From Candidatus Adlerbacteria bacterium (GTDB lineage: Bacteria; Patescibacteriota; Minisyncoccia; Phycocordibacterales; SBAW01): DNA of 64,000 bases. Below are positions 40,217 to 50,738 of this stretch, piece by piece. A program made the position numbers and the translations under genes. Under the pieces are notes generated by a model. It saw only the letters and a program-made list of their open reading frames with translations, did not search any database and was not told the origin of the DNA. Within the stretch, counting starts at the first letter, position 1. Every line of letters begins with the position of its first letter. The stretch spans positions 19,178 through 83,177 of the forward strand of contig CAVVLG010000002.1 of the NCBI GenBank assembly GCA_963749085.1. Reading direction: 5' to 3'.

Positions 40217-40998
40217 TAGTAGGAGGGCCGACGAGTCCAGCGATAGGTTTTATAGAGTAGGTACAAGACCACAATGACTAGCACTGGGTAAAAAACGGCA
40301 GCGTTGTTGATGATGTAGAGCAGGATCGTCAGCGCATACACGTACACGGTCCACAGCACGAACCAAAACTCGCCCCACGGATTAGTGACAGTCGGGTTTT
40401 GCGTCTCAGCACCTTCGACGATGCCCGGTTGGGCGGTACTTGAAAGCTTTTGCTCGGCGTTCGTTAGTTGATTACTAAGCGCGTTTGCGGCATCTGAACG
40501 CAAACCATCGATGACCGCAAAGGCTGGCTCGGCTGCTTGGGCTGCCTGTGGTGAAACATTCGAGATATCCTGATCGATTTGCTGGGAGGATTCGACGGCC
40601 GCTGTATTCGAATCGGAAGTGCCTTGTCCGACAGGTTGCGGCGGAGGGTTAACGGTAAAAATTTGTGATTCTTTTTCGACTACGTTGTCGGCATTGTCTT
40701 CAATTTCGGCGGTTATGGTATGGGCACCTGCGAGAGGTATCCATGATATGGAAACAGTTTGTGCATCGCCGGCCGCGAGCGTTATCGCGACGCTGCCCAG
40801 CTGTGTGATGCCGTCTTCAAACAGCACACGACCGACAAATTGGCTGGTTTCTTCGTTTGATACGGTCGAATATATATGCACTGTATCTCCCTGGGTCACG
40901 GAGTTTTCTGAGAGAAATAAGGTTGATGGTGCAAACGCTGCTGCATATGCAAGCGACGGCAAGCATACAAGCGTGGCGAGAATAAATACCTTTTTCAC
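40213..40998 (-). CDS. Exported CARDB/Ig-like domain membrane protein
   Basis: Signal peptide, GDTV.I...V.N...W....G.HTITA, C-terminal TM; GTG start estimated. Confidence 0.65.
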   Translation of the reverse strand: MKKVFILATLVCLPSLAYAAAFAPSTLFLSENSVTQGDTVHIYSTVSNEETSQFVGRVLFEDGITQLGSVAITLAAGDAQTVSISWIPLAGAHTITAEIEDNADNVVEKESQIFTVNPPPQPVGQGTSDSNTAAVESSQQIDQDISNVSPQAAQAAEPAFAVIDGLRSDAANALSNQLTNAEQKLSSTAQPGIVEGAETQNPTVTNPWGEFWFVLWTVYVYALTILLYIINNAAVFYPVLVIVVLYLLYKTYRWTRRPSYY

Positions 40999-41125
40999 AC
41001 TGCCCAGTATATCCCATAGTTCTAAGATCGTTGGCAAGGGGAGTGGAAAAATCTTTTAGTACTCGATCGTTCACGTATGGATAGTTTGTGCCTAGGGGAC
41101 ACGTTTCCCATGCTAGACTTTTTAT

Positions 41126-42049
41126 ATGTCGCTTTTTGAGCGCATCGGTAATTCTGTTCACCGGCATTTCGTGCCCTCTCCTGATAATGGCTATCGCCCG
41201 CATCTCCTGCGCCGACCGTGGCTCCTTTTCTTTCTCGCTGTTACCCTTGCGACTGAAGGATTTTTGGTAGCCAACTTGATAGCGCGGGAATCCAACCAGA
41301 CTTTTTTGGCGGCGGTGGTACCCGCGGAAATTATTGCGCTCACCAACCAGGCACGCGCGCAAAATGGTGTCGGTCAATTGACGAATAACGCTGAACTCGA
41401 TGCCGCCGCGCAGGCCAAGGCCGAAGACATGGCTTCAAAGGGTTATTTCTCACATATTAGTCCGGATGGCGAAACGCCGTGGCAGTGGATTACGAATGCT
41501 GGCTATCAATACCAATACGCAGGCGAGAATTTAGCTGTGCGTTTTATCAACTCCTCCGACGTGGTGAACGCATGGATGGCGTCGCCGACTCACCGTGCCA
41601 ATATCGTAAAACCCGTCTATACCGACATCGGGGTCGGCGCCGCAGAAGGGAACTATGAGGGGCAGCCTGCCACGTATGTTGTCCAATATTTCGGGACCCC
41701 AGTCTCATCATCCTCCGGAGCGGCGGCAATTACGGCCCCACCCATTTTCTCGGCGCTGAGCCAGGGAAGTTCATTCACTCAGTCGTTGGCGCGCCAACTT
41801 ATCCGAGCCCTCGCTGATCCCCAGCTCGTCAGCAATTGGATACTCTTGACGCTTGGCGTCATTCTTATAGTTGTCTTGTGTCTAACCTTCTTTGTGCATT
41901 TACAAGTGCAACCCGCAACTATGCTTATTGGGGGCGCAGTAGTAGCGTTTTTCGCACTTTCGTTCCTTGCACTCAATATATTCCTTGCCGATGGTTCTAC
42001 GCCCCAAATAAATCAAGCCGCAAGTATCGGATACGCCCTGTTTCCTTAA
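41126..42049 (+). CDS. CAP/SCP domain membrane protein
   Basis: LTN.AR, AAQAKAEDM..KGYFSH, AGENLA, WMASPTHRANI, DIGVG. Confidence 0.9.
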   Translation: MSLFERIGNSVHRHFVPSPDNGYRPHLLRRPWLLFFLAVTLATEGFLVANLIARESNQTFLAAVVPAEIIALTNQARAQNGVGQLTNNAELDAAAQAKAEDMASKGYFSHISPDGETPWQWITNAGYQYQYAGENLAVRFINSSDVVNAWMASPTHRANIVKPVYTDIGVGAAEGNYEGQPATYVVQYFGTPVSSSSGAAAITAPPIFSALSQGSSFTQSLARQLIRALADPQLVSNWILLTLGVILIVVLCLTFFVHLQVQPATMLIGGAVVAFFALSFLALNIFLADGSTPQINQAASIGYALFP

Positions 42050-42513
42050 GAGGATTTCTTTTTTGGGGGGTCCACAAACGCGGCCCAACGATTAGTGTGT
42101 GTAAAAAGAAGCCCCTTCCAACGCTCTCTAAATTCTTTCAAGGGCAGCGTAATTCGTTTTTTCGATTCTGCGGGGTCAAGAAGAGTAATAGAATGTTTCG
42201 AAACGGCGAGCACTATTGCATAGTGATCCCAGTCCCAATGGCGCTCGGTGTAACAAACGATAACGACAAGATCCTTGGTAAGCGCTTTTGTAATGTGTGA
42301 GATAGTTTGGCGCTCAGCGCTGCGAGCGGTAAATCCATAATGGACAAGAGCACGTAGTAATCCTTTTGTGCTAGTGCCTGCTTTGGTCGTGGTCTTGGTA
42401 TAGGCTGCGATTTCTTTTTGCGTTTTTCGTATGCCTTGCGAACTCAATAACATTTGTATGACGGCTGGGCCACAATAGTAATCGGTTGTCTGGCGGGCAT
42501 GAGGGATATTCAC
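42046..42513 (-). CDS. C39-family cysteine peptidase-like protein
   Basis: Q..DYYCGPA, GTS, HY.IV, LLDP (Cys-His-Asp); GTG start estimated. Confidence 0.8.
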   Translation of the reverse strand: MNIPHARQTTDYYCGPAVIQMLLSSQGIRKTQKEIAAYTKTTTKAGTSTKGLLRALVHYGFTARSAERQTISHITKALTKDLVVIVCYTERHWDWDHYAIVLAVSKHSITLLDPAESKKRITLPLKEFRERWKGLLFTHTNRWAAFVDPPKKKSS

Positions 42514-42587
42514 GAGCTCAGTATACGAATAATCTGCGCGGGGATAAAGGACTTGCCCACACCTTTCGGCAGCGGTACTCTTCAGAT

Positions 42588-43094
42588 ATGTCAAAGAGAC
42601 AACTCACGCTCGGTATTGCGGTCACGGCGGCGCTCGCAGTCGTCGTCCTTTTCTTTATTTTTAATCCATTTACTATGGGCAGTTCATCTTTGAATCCAGC
42701 AGCCACTTCAGCAGCCTCACCACAAAGTACGTCTTCTTCGGGTCTCGTTGTACAGGATGAGACCATCGGTACCGGTGCGGTCGCAGAGCCCGGGGATGTC
42801 TTGACGGTCAATTACACCGGAACGCTCCAAGATGGCACTGTTTTTGATACCTCAGTGGGCAAAACTCCCTTCCAATTTACTCTCGGCGCCGGTGAAGTTA
42901 TACCCGGTTGGGACGAAGGGCTTGTAGGGATGCAAGTGGGTGGCCAACGCATCCTCATTATTCCGCCCAATTTGGCCTACGGCGCGCAAGGGGAGGGACC
43001 CATACCCCCAAACGCAACGCTCACCTTTGAAATAAATCTCTTAAGCGTAACGACGCCGACCACTGCGCCGGCTTCGGGCACAAGCGGGCAATAA
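42588..43094 (+). CDS. FKBP-type peptidyl-prolyl isomerase
   Basis: VNYTGTL.DG.VFDTS, VIPGWDEGL.GM.VGG.R.LIIPP.LAYG, IPPNATLTFEI. Confidence 0.95.
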   Translation: MSKRQLTLGIAVTAALAVVVLFFIFNPFTMGSSSLNPAATSAASPQSTSSSGLVVQDETIGTGAVAEPGDVLTVNYTGTLQDGTVFDTSVGKTPFQFTLGAGEVIPGWDEGLVGMQVGGQRILIIPPNLAYGAQGEGPIPPNATLTFEINLLSVTTPTTAPASGTSGQ

Positions 43095-43226
43095 AAGTAA
43101 AATTAAGGAAGAGGCGCGCGAACAAGAACGTGTCAGCTTCGTCGGCTGAACTGCCACTCGCTTTGTGTCTAGAGTACCGCTTCCGCGGGATGCGGGAGAG
43201 GCTTATTTTTTATATAGTTTACTTTC

Positions 43227-44444
43227 ATGCGTCCGATTTCGTTTTCTATAGATGTAGAAGGTCTGGGCCTCGCTCGTGCGGGTATCATCAAAACGCCGCA
43301 TGGCGATATTGAGACGCCTGCGTTCGTAGCCGTCGCAACTAAAGCGGATGTCAAAGGCATCTCGGCGCTTCAATTTAAAGATGTTGGAATTCAGACGGTT
43401 ATTGCCAATACCTATCACCTCTACCTATCACCTGGTGAGGATCTAATAGATAAAGCAGGCGGAGTGGGGAAGTTCATGGGATTTGAGGGACCCACCATGA
43501 CTGACTCGGGCGGATTCCAAGTGTTTTCTCTGGGAGAAGGATTCGGGAAGAAACTTTCCAAAGTTCTCCCTGAGCAGGCATCATCCGAAGAAGCCGTGGC
43601 GGTTTTTGACGAAGAGCTAGCGACCAGCCACGGCAAATTAGCCGTCGTCGATGAAGAGGGAGTTTCATTCACTTCCCATATCGATGGATCACTCCATCGC
43701 TTTACTCCTGAGCGCTCAATTGAAATCCAACACAAACTCGGTGCAGATATTATCTACGCGTTTGACGAGTGTACCTCGCCTGCGGCTGAGTATGGCTACC
43801 AAAAAGAGGCGATGGACAGGACGCATAGATGGGCTGAGCGCAGTCTGAAGGCACATCGCCAGAACGTGCAGAAAAATAACGAGCAAGGTATCTATGGCAT
43901 CGTGCAGGGAGGCCGGTATGAGGACTTGCGTATTGAGAGCGCCAAGACCGTCGCCAATATGGACTTCGACGGCTATGGCATCGGCGGTTCCTTCAGCAAG
44001 CGCGATATTTTAGGAATACTTGATGCGGTAAATCGAGCACTGCCAAAGGAAAAACCCCGACATCTATTAGGCATCGGCGAGCCCGAGGATATGTTTATTG
44101 GTGTCGCAAGCGGGATAGATACCTTTGATTGTGTGTTGCCGACCAGAAATGGCAGGACGGGCGGCATTTACACCACACAGGGGAAAATTCAAATTCCTAA
44201 TGCTGAATTTCAAGAGGATTTCGGGAAACTCGATGAAGACTGTGAATGTCCCACCTGTCATAACCACACTCGAGCCTATGTGCACCATCTTTTCCGCACC
44301 CATGAGATGCTGGGCCCCGTACTCGCAAGCGCTCACAATATTTACTTTTTAACGCATTTGTGCGAACAAATTCGCAGCGCTCTTTTGAACGGAGATTTTG
44401 ATCAGTACAGAGATTCATTTTTATCTGCCTACAAAATGAGTTAG
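43227..44444 (+). CDS. tgt: tRNA-guanine transglycosylase
   Basis: TPHG.IETP.F, NTYHL, TDSGGFQVFSL, FDECT, GIVQGG, DTFDCV.PTR, CECPTC..H. Confidence 0.95.
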   Translation: MRPISFSIDVEGLGLARAGIIKTPHGDIETPAFVAVATKADVKGISALQFKDVGIQTVIANTYHLYLSPGEDLIDKAGGVGKFMGFEGPTMTDSGGFQVFSLGEGFGKKLSKVLPEQASSEEAVAVFDEELATSHGKLAVVDEEGVSFTSHIDGSLHRFTPERSIEIQHKLGADIIYAFDECTSPAAEYGYQKEAMDRTHRWAERSLKAHRQNVQKNNEQGIYGIVQGGRYEDLRIESAKTVANMDFDGYGIGGSFSKRDILGILDAVNRALPKEKPRHLLGIGEPEDMFIGVASGIDTFDCVLPTRNGRTGGIYTTQGKIQIPNAEFQEDFGKLDEDCECPTCHNHTRAYVHHLFRTHEMLGPVLASAHNIYFLTHLCEQIRSALLNGDFDQYRDSFLSAYKMS

Positions 44445-44456
44445 AGTGTGCACGTG

Positions 44457-46475
44457 ATGTTCAAGATTAAATCACCATATAAGCCTGCCGGTGACCAACC
44501 CAAGGCCATTGAAGCGCTTGTGAAAGGCCTGAGCGTTGGGGAGCGACATCAAACCTTACTTGGCGTCACCGGCTCAGGTAAGACGTTCACTATCGCCAAT
44601 GTCATTGAGGCGGTACAAAAGCCTACCCTTGTCATTGCGCACAACAAAACGCTTGCCGCGCAGCTGGCGCAGGAGTACCGCGAATTTTTCCCGGACAACG
44701 CGGTGCATTATTTCGTTTCCTATTACGATTACTACCAACCAGAGGCGTATATTCCGACGAGCGACACCTATATCGAGAAGGAGGCGCAGATAAACGAGGA
44801 AATAGATCGGCTGCGCCACGCATCCACCCAGGCGCTTTTGACCCGCAAGGACGTCATTATTGTCGCCTCGGTTTCCTGCATCTATGCGCTCGGCTCACCC
44901 GAGGAATACCGCAAAGTGCATCTGGAGCTCAAGACGGGAGTCAAGAAAAATCGCGCAGAGCTTATCCGTGAATTAATACAGCTGTATTTTGAGCGCACAA
45001 CCGCAGATCTCATCCCGGGAAAGTTCCGCGCACTCGGCAATTCAGTTGAAATAATGCCGACCGGCGAGCGCGTGATCTACCGCGTCGAATTTGAAGGAGA
45101 CCTAATAGCTCGCGTGCGCGTTATTGATGCCATAACTCGCGCGGAAAAAAAGCCTCAAGTGTCCTTGTTTCTGTTTCCTGCCAAGCACTACGTCACTCCT
45201 GAGGATGAGCGCGCCCGGGCCATTGAAGATATCAAACAGGAGCTCAAAGAGCAGCTCTCAAAATTCGAGCGAGCGGGCAAAGTGCTTGAAGCGGAGCGGC
45301 TCAAGCGCCGCACGAATCACGATTTGGCTCTTATTCGTGAAATCGGCTACTGCAACGGCATAGAGAATTATTCGCGCCACTTCGACGGCCGTAAACCCGG
45401 ACAGCCCCCGTATTCGCTCCTTGAATATTTTCCACATACCAAAGACGGAAAGCCGGATTTCTTGACCGTCATTGACGAGTCGCATGTGACGGTGCCCCAA
45501 ATAGGGGGGATGTACGAGGGGGACCGCGCGCGCAAGCAAAATCTCATAGAATTTGGCTTCCGTCTCCCGAGCGCCATAGACAACCGCCCGCTCCAGTTTG
45601 AAGAGTTTGAGGAACGTATTGCGCAGACTATATACACCTCGGCAACGCCCGGGCGATTTGAAAAAGAAAAGAGCGGCGCCCAGGTGGTCGAGCAAATAAT
45701 CCGTCCGACCGGCTTGGTTGATCCTGAGATTATCGTGCGGCCTGTCACGGGGAAGGGCATCCAAAAAGGCCAAATTCAGGATTTTTTGGAAGAAGCGGAG
45801 CAGGTCATACAGAAAGGCGCGCGGGTGATGGTTACGACGCTCACCAAAAAAATGGCCGAGGATCTTGCCGAGTATTTGAAAGACAGGGAGATAAAGGCGG
45901 CCTATTTGCACAGCGACATCGAGACCCTCGAGCGCATCACTACTCTTACTAGCCTTCGTAAGGGGGAATTTGACGTGCTGGTAGGAGTCAATCTCCTGAG
46001 GGAGGGACTAGATTTGCCCGAGGTAGAGCTGGTGGCGATTCTCGATGCCGACAAAGAAGGGTTTTTGCGCTCCGAGACCTCGCTTATTCAAACGATTGGA
46101 CGCGCCGCTCGCAACGTAGGTGGCCGCGTTATCCTCTATGCCGATCAAGAGACTGAGTCGCTCAAAAAAGCGGTAGATGAGACCAACCGCCGCCGCGCGG
46201 TACAGGTTGCCTATAACAAAAAGCACGGCATTACGCCGCAGACTATTAAAAAGGCTATCAAGGACATTACTGAGGAACTTAGAAGCGAACATGGCAAAGC
46301 GGTCAATGAGATGCTTTTGATAGAGCGGGATGAGTATAAAAAGAATCCGCGCCAGTTTATTGCCCAAAAAAGGCGAGATATGGCCGAAGCGGTGAAGGAT
46401 TTGGATTTCGAAACCGCCGCTCTTCTGCGAGACGAAATCTACGCCCTCACCGGTGAAGGGAAAAAAAAGAAATAA
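44457..46475 (+). CDS. uvrB: Excinuclease ABC subunit B
   Basis: GDQP.AI, GVTGSGKT, HNKTLAAQL, YYDYYQPEAY, DESH, NLLREGLD, UVR tail. Confidence 0.97.
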   Translation: MFKIKSPYKPAGDQPKAIEALVKGLSVGERHQTLLGVTGSGKTFTIANVIEAVQKPTLVIAHNKTLAAQLAQEYREFFPDNAVHYFVSYYDYYQPEAYIPTSDTYIEKEAQINEEIDRLRHASTQALLTRKDVIIVASVSCIYALGSPEEYRKVHLELKTGVKKNRAELIRELIQLYFERTTADLIPGKFRALGNSVEIMPTGERVIYRVEFEGDLIARVRVIDAITRAEKKPQVSLFLFPAKHYVTPEDERARAIEDIKQELKEQLSKFERAGKVLEAERLKRRTNHDLALIREIGYCNGIENYSRHFDGRKPGQPPYSLLEYFPHTKDGKPDFLTVIDESHVTVPQIGGMYEGDRARKQNLIEFGFRLPSAIDNRPLQFEEFEERIAQTIYTSATPGRFEKEKSGAQVVEQIIRPTGLVDPEIIVRPVTGKGIQKGQIQDFLEEAEQVIQKGARVMVTTLTKKMAEDLAEYLKDREIKAAYLHSDIETLERITTLTSLRKGEFDVLVGVNLLREGLDLPEVELVAILDADKEGFLRSETSLIQTIGRAARNVGGRVILYADQETESLKKAVDETNRRRAVQVAYNKKHGITPQTIKKAIKDITEELRSEHGKAVNEMLLIERDEYKKNPRQFIAQKRRDMAEAVKDLDFETAALLRDEIYALTGEGKKKK

Positions 46476-46553
46476 TACCCATAACGGTCAGTCTGTGATA
46501 TACTACTCCATATCAACCCCCCGGAGCATCCGAGGGGCGAGTTTCGTATCTAT

Positions 46554-49136
46554 ATGGAAGACCATATCAACATAAAAGGCGCGAAGACGCACAATTTGAA
46601 GAATATTTCACTGTCTATTCCGCGCAATAAGATGATTGTATTCACCGGCCTCTCAGGTTCGGGGAAGTCTTCGTTGGCGTTCGACACTATTTTTGCCGAA
46701 GGACAACGTCGCTATATTGAAAGCCTCTCGGCATATGCCCGACAGTTCCTGCGCCAGATGCAGAAGCCTGATGTGGAGGAGATAACTGGGCTTTCCCCGG
46801 CCATTTCGATAGATCAAAAGTCGCGCTCCAACAACCCACGTTCAACCGTAGCAACCATTACCGAAATTTACGACTATTTGCGCATACTCTATGCACGCGT
46901 GGGGAAGCCCCACTGCCTCATCTGCGGTCGGGAAATAAAGAAACATTCCAATGAAGAAATAATCCAAAGCGTCATAGAAAGTATCTCCTCGCACGTGCCG
47001 AAGAAAACGCGCAAAGTTATGGGTGTTGAGATTAGCGAAGACGTTGTGCGCATCTTCGCGCCGGTCGTTGTGGGTCGCAAAGGCGAATACTATCAACTTT
47101 TGTACGACCTCCTTGGCAAGGGGTTTGAAAAAGCAAAGATTGACGGCAAACTTGTGAGTTTGCGCGACCGTGTCGAGTTGGCGCGGCACAAAAAGCACGA
47201 TATTGACGCGTTGGTAGATGAGATTCTGATTTCCGATTTCGTGAAAGAGAAAAAAGCAAGCGCAGTAGAGCGGCTTTCTGAGGCGGTAGAACGTGCACTT
47301 GAGGAGGCGGACGGGCTGGTAAAGGTCGAGGAGGTGGGGGGAACGCGTCTCATTTCGGCGAAATTCATGTGCCCCTATGACGGATTCTCATTTCCCGAAG
47401 TCGAGCCACGGCTCTTTTCTTTTAATTCGCCCTACGGGGCATGTCCCTCGTGCAACGGCCTTGGTACCAAGCATTTTTGGACCGACGAGCCGTGCCCCGT
47501 GTGCCACGGCAAGCGTTTGCGCCCAGAAGCCCTGAACGTATTTTTGGGAGAGAAAAAAAATATCGTGGATATTACGAACCAATCCATTCGCAACGCGTAT
47601 GATTTTTTTAAAAAACTAGAACTCAGTAAAAAAGATCAAGAGATATCAAAAACTGTAGTTAAGGAGATACTGGCACGGCTGAAGTTCATGCTTGATGTGG
47701 GGCTTGACTACCTCACGCTTGACCGTCGCGCCAATACCTTAAGTGGTGGGGAAGCGCAGCGCATTCGCCTTGCCTCGCAGCTTGGTTCCGGCCTCGTAGG
47801 GGCGTTGTATGTGCTCGATGAACCCACCATAGGGCTTCACCAGCGCGACAACGAACGGCTTATCTCGACCCTCATCAATTTGCGCGATCTCGGCAACACC
47901 ATCATCGTCGTCGAGCACGATGAAGACACTATCTACTCGGGCGACTATCTGGTTGATATTGGCCCGGGCGCGGGAGTCCACGGTGGACATATTGTCGCTG
48001 CCGATTATTTAGACAAGCTACTTACTGCCAAGAAGAATGACTCCGGCTCCATTACGCTCTCGTATCTGCGCGGGGAGAAAGCAATTGCCGTGCCTGAGAG
48101 CCGGCGCGAAAAGGACAAGGGAAAGCTTGAGATCAAAGGAGGGAAGGCCTTTAATATCGACAATCTCTCGGCTGAGATACCGCTCGGGCGCCTGATTGCT
48201 ATAACTGGTGTTTCGGGCTCCGGCAAATCGACTTTTTTGTACGAGATTTTGTACGAAAATTTGAAGATCCGTTTCGACAAGCGCTACCGTTCAAACAAAA
48301 CGCTCAACGCCTCGGTGTTTAAAGGAACGGAGCATCTCTCCCGTGCCATTTTGATAGATCAGAGCGCCATAGGACGCACGCCACGCAGCAATCCCGCCAC
48401 CTATACTGGCGCCTTTACCTTTATTCGCGAACTTTTCGCGGAGACGGGCGAAGCCCGGGCACGCGGATGGAAAGCATCGCGCTTCTCCTTCAACGTTCCG
48501 CAGGCGCGATCGGGCGGCCGCTGCGAAACCTGCGAGGGCAATGGCACTATCGCGGTTGAAATGCATTTTTTGCCGACGGTGTATGTCACCTGCGACGTAT
48601 GCAACGGCAAGCGGTTCATGAAAGAGACGCTCGAGGTGAAGTACAAGAAGAAGAATATCTATGACGTGTTGACCATGACTATTGAAGAGGCCCTCGAATT
48701 CTTCGGCGATATTCCCGCCATTTATGACCGGCTGAAGACCTTGGATGAAGTTGGCTTAGGTTATCTTGAGCTCGGGCAATCCGCAACGACACTTTCAGGC
48801 GGGGAGGCCCAGCGCGTCAAAATATCCGCGGAGCTATACCGCCCCCATATCCAAAAGACCATATATCTTCTGGATGAGCCGACCGTGGGCCTCCATTATG
48901 AAGATGTGCAAAAACTTATTGATATTCTCAACAGGCTGGTTTCAGCGGGGAACACCGTGGTACTCATTGAACACAATATGGACATTATAAAGAATGCCGA
49001 TTACGTTCTTGATTTCGGTCCTGAAGGTGGAGTCGGCGGCGGCAAACTCGTGGCCAAGGGAACACCAGAGGAGGTGGCAAATAATAAATACTCTCATACC
49101 GGTAAATATCTGAGACGTGTGCTGAAGGGCAAATAA
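46554..49136 (+). CDS. uvrA: Excinuclease ABC subunit A
   Basis: GLSGSGKSSLAFDTIFAEGQRRY, two LSGGEAQR signatures, GVSGSGKS, Zn fingers. Confidence 0.97.
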   Translation: MEDHINIKGAKTHNLKNISLSIPRNKMIVFTGLSGSGKSSLAFDTIFAEGQRRYIESLSAYARQFLRQMQKPDVEEITGLSPAISIDQKSRSNNPRSTVATITEIYDYLRILYARVGKPHCLICGREIKKHSNEEIIQSVIESISSHVPKKTRKVMGVEISEDVVRIFAPVVVGRKGEYYQLLYDLLGKGFEKAKIDGKLVSLRDRVELARHKKHDIDALVDEILISDFVKEKKASAVERLSEAVERALEEADGLVKVEEVGGTRLISAKFMCPYDGFSFPEVEPRLFSFNSPYGACPSCNGLGTKHFWTDEPCPVCHGKRLRPEALNVFLGEKKNIVDITNQSIRNAYDFFKKLELSKKDQEISKTVVKEILARLKFMLDVGLDYLTLDRRANTLSGGEAQRIRLASQLGSGLVGALYVLDEPTIGLHQRDNERLISTLINLRDLGNTIIVVEHDEDTIYSGDYLVDIGPGAGVHGGHIVAADYLDKLLTAKKNDSGSITLSYLRGEKAIAVPESRREKDKGKLEIKGGKAFNIDNLSAEIPLGRLIAITGVSGSGKSTFLYEILYENLKIRFDKRYRSNKTLNASVFKGTEHLSRAILIDQSAIGRTPRSNPATYTGAFTFIRELFAETGEARARGWKASRFSFNVPQARSGGRCETCEGNGTIAVEMHFLPTVYVTCDVCNGKRFMKETLEVKYKKKNIYDVLTMTIEEALEFFGDIPAIYDRLKTLDEVGLGYLELGQSATTLSGGEAQRVKISAELYRPHIQKTIYLLDEPTVGLHYEDVQKLIDILNRLVSAGNTVVLIEHNMDIIKNADYVLDFGPEGGVGGGKLVAKGTPEEVANNKYSHTGKYLRRVLKGK

Positions 49137-49182
49137 AAAGGCCGGAGCATGCTCCGGCCCTGATAGTGCTGCCGTGGGCAGG

Positions 49183-49422
49183 TCACCTGGATTTTTTAGC
49201 CCCTCGCTTTTGACCGGCAGATTTCGAATCTGATTTGGTATTGAGTGAAACCTTGGACCCAGGAGTCGAAAGACCAATAATCATTCTGGCGAGCAAGCTC
49301 AGCGGACTTTTCTTCAGATCTTCGAAGATCTGCTCGCGATTCTTGATACTAAGCTGATCGATGTGCTCCGCAAGGTAGTGGGCCATCGCGGTCCGTACTT
49401 TTTCGGAAGAGTCCTTATTCAT
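49183..49422 (-). CDS. Hypothetical protein
   Basis: ORF with AAGGAG SD in the uvrA-uvrC gap. Confidence 0.5.
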   Translation of the reverse strand: MNKDSSEKVRTAMAHYLAEHIDQLSIKNREQIFEDLKKSPLSLLARMIIGLSTPGSKVSLNTKSDSKSAGQKRGAKKSR

Positions 49423-49484
49423 CGGGTACTCCTTCTTGAAGAACTGTATTGAACATATATCATTATTTGGTTATAATGTCAAAT

Positions 49485-50714
49485 ATGACACTTGAGCAAT
49501 TCAAGAAAAAAGCAACTAAGATGCCCGATTCACCAGGGGTCTATTTCTTCTTGGATAAACGCAAAAAAGTTCTTTATATAGGCAAGGCAACTTCTTTGCG
49601 CGACCGCGTACGCAGTTATTTTTCCTCTGATTTAGCCCAGACACGCGGACCCATCATCGTGAAGATGATAGAGCAGGCGAGCGGGTTGGATTGGAGACAG
49701 ACCGACTCGGTACTTGAGGCGCTCTTGCTCGAGGCAAATCTCATCAAGACCTACAAACCCAAAGCCAATACCGATCTTAAGGACGATAAGAGTTTCAATT
49801 ACGTCGTTATAACAAAGGAAGATTTTCCTCGCGTCCTCTTGGTCCGTGGCAAGAACCTTGAGACGGAATTTCCTCCGAATAAAAGATTGCATACGTTCGG
49901 TCCCTTTCCGCACGGGCTCCAGCTGAAGGAGGCTATGCGCATCATCCGCAAAATCTTTCCGTACCGCGACACCTGTACGCCGCATTCAGGAAGGCGCTGC
50001 TTCAACGCGCAGATAGGGCTGTGCCCCGGCGTGTGTTCGGGAGAGATCCCCAGAACGGAATATCGGGACATCATCCGTCGCATCACGCTGCTTTTTCAGG
50101 GAAGGAAGCGGAAGCTCTTGCGTCAGCTGGAACAAGACATGAAGAAACTTGCGAAAGAAGAGCGCTTTGAGGAAGCCAGCCGGTTACGCAAACAGCTTTT
50201 CGCGCTCACGCACATTCAAGACGTGTCTCTTATTAAGGATGAATACCGTTCAATGTCATTCACGGGGGGTCACAATAACCGAATCGAAGCCTATGATGCA
50301 GCGCATCTGCGCGGCTCGGCTGCGGTGGGGGTCATGGTGGTTATCGATGACGGACAGGCGCAAAAAGGAGACTATCGCAAATTTAATATCCGCGCGGCCG
50401 CCTCCGGCGACGATGCCGGAGCACTCAGAGAAGTTCTCTCCCGCAGGCTTGGCCATTCCGAATGGCCTCTTCCTCGTCTTATTATCGTTGATGGCGCCGT
50501 ACAGCAAATTAACGCGGCGCAGAAAGTGCTTCGCGAAGCCGGAATAACTATACCGGTCATAGGTGTCGTCAAGGATAAAAAACACCGCCCCCGCGGTATT
50601 CGCGGGGATAAGGTACTTATCGCAGGCCGTGAGCGCGATATATTACTTGCGAATGCCGAGGCGCATCGCTTTGCCATTAGTTTTCATCGCCGGAAACTAC
50701 GGCAGGAGATGTAG
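49485..50714 (+). CDS. uvrC: Excinuclease ABC subunit C (no C-terminal HhH)
   Basis: GIY-YIG (PGVY...YIGKA..LRDRV.SYF), Cys cluster, UVR, RIEAYD, IVDG, EAHRFAI.FHR. Confidence 0.92.
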   Translation: MTLEQFKKKATKMPDSPGVYFFLDKRKKVLYIGKATSLRDRVRSYFSSDLAQTRGPIIVKMIEQASGLDWRQTDSVLEALLLEANLIKTYKPKANTDLKDDKSFNYVVITKEDFPRVLLVRGKNLETEFPPNKRLHTFGPFPHGLQLKEAMRIIRKIFPYRDTCTPHSGRRCFNAQIGLCPGVCSGEIPRTEYRDIIRRITLLFQGRKRKLLRQLEQDMKKLAKEERFEEASRLRKQLFALTHIQDVSLIKDEYRSMSFTGGHNNRIEAYDAAHLRGSAAVGVMVVIDDGQAQKGDYRKFNIRAAASGDDAGALREVLSRRLGHSEWPLPRLIIVDGAVQQINAAQKVLREAGITIPVIGVVKDKKHRPRGIRGDKVLIAGRERDILLANAEAHRFAISFHRRKLRQEM

Positions 50715-50738
50715 AGAAAATCTGCTATAGTGCTCTCC

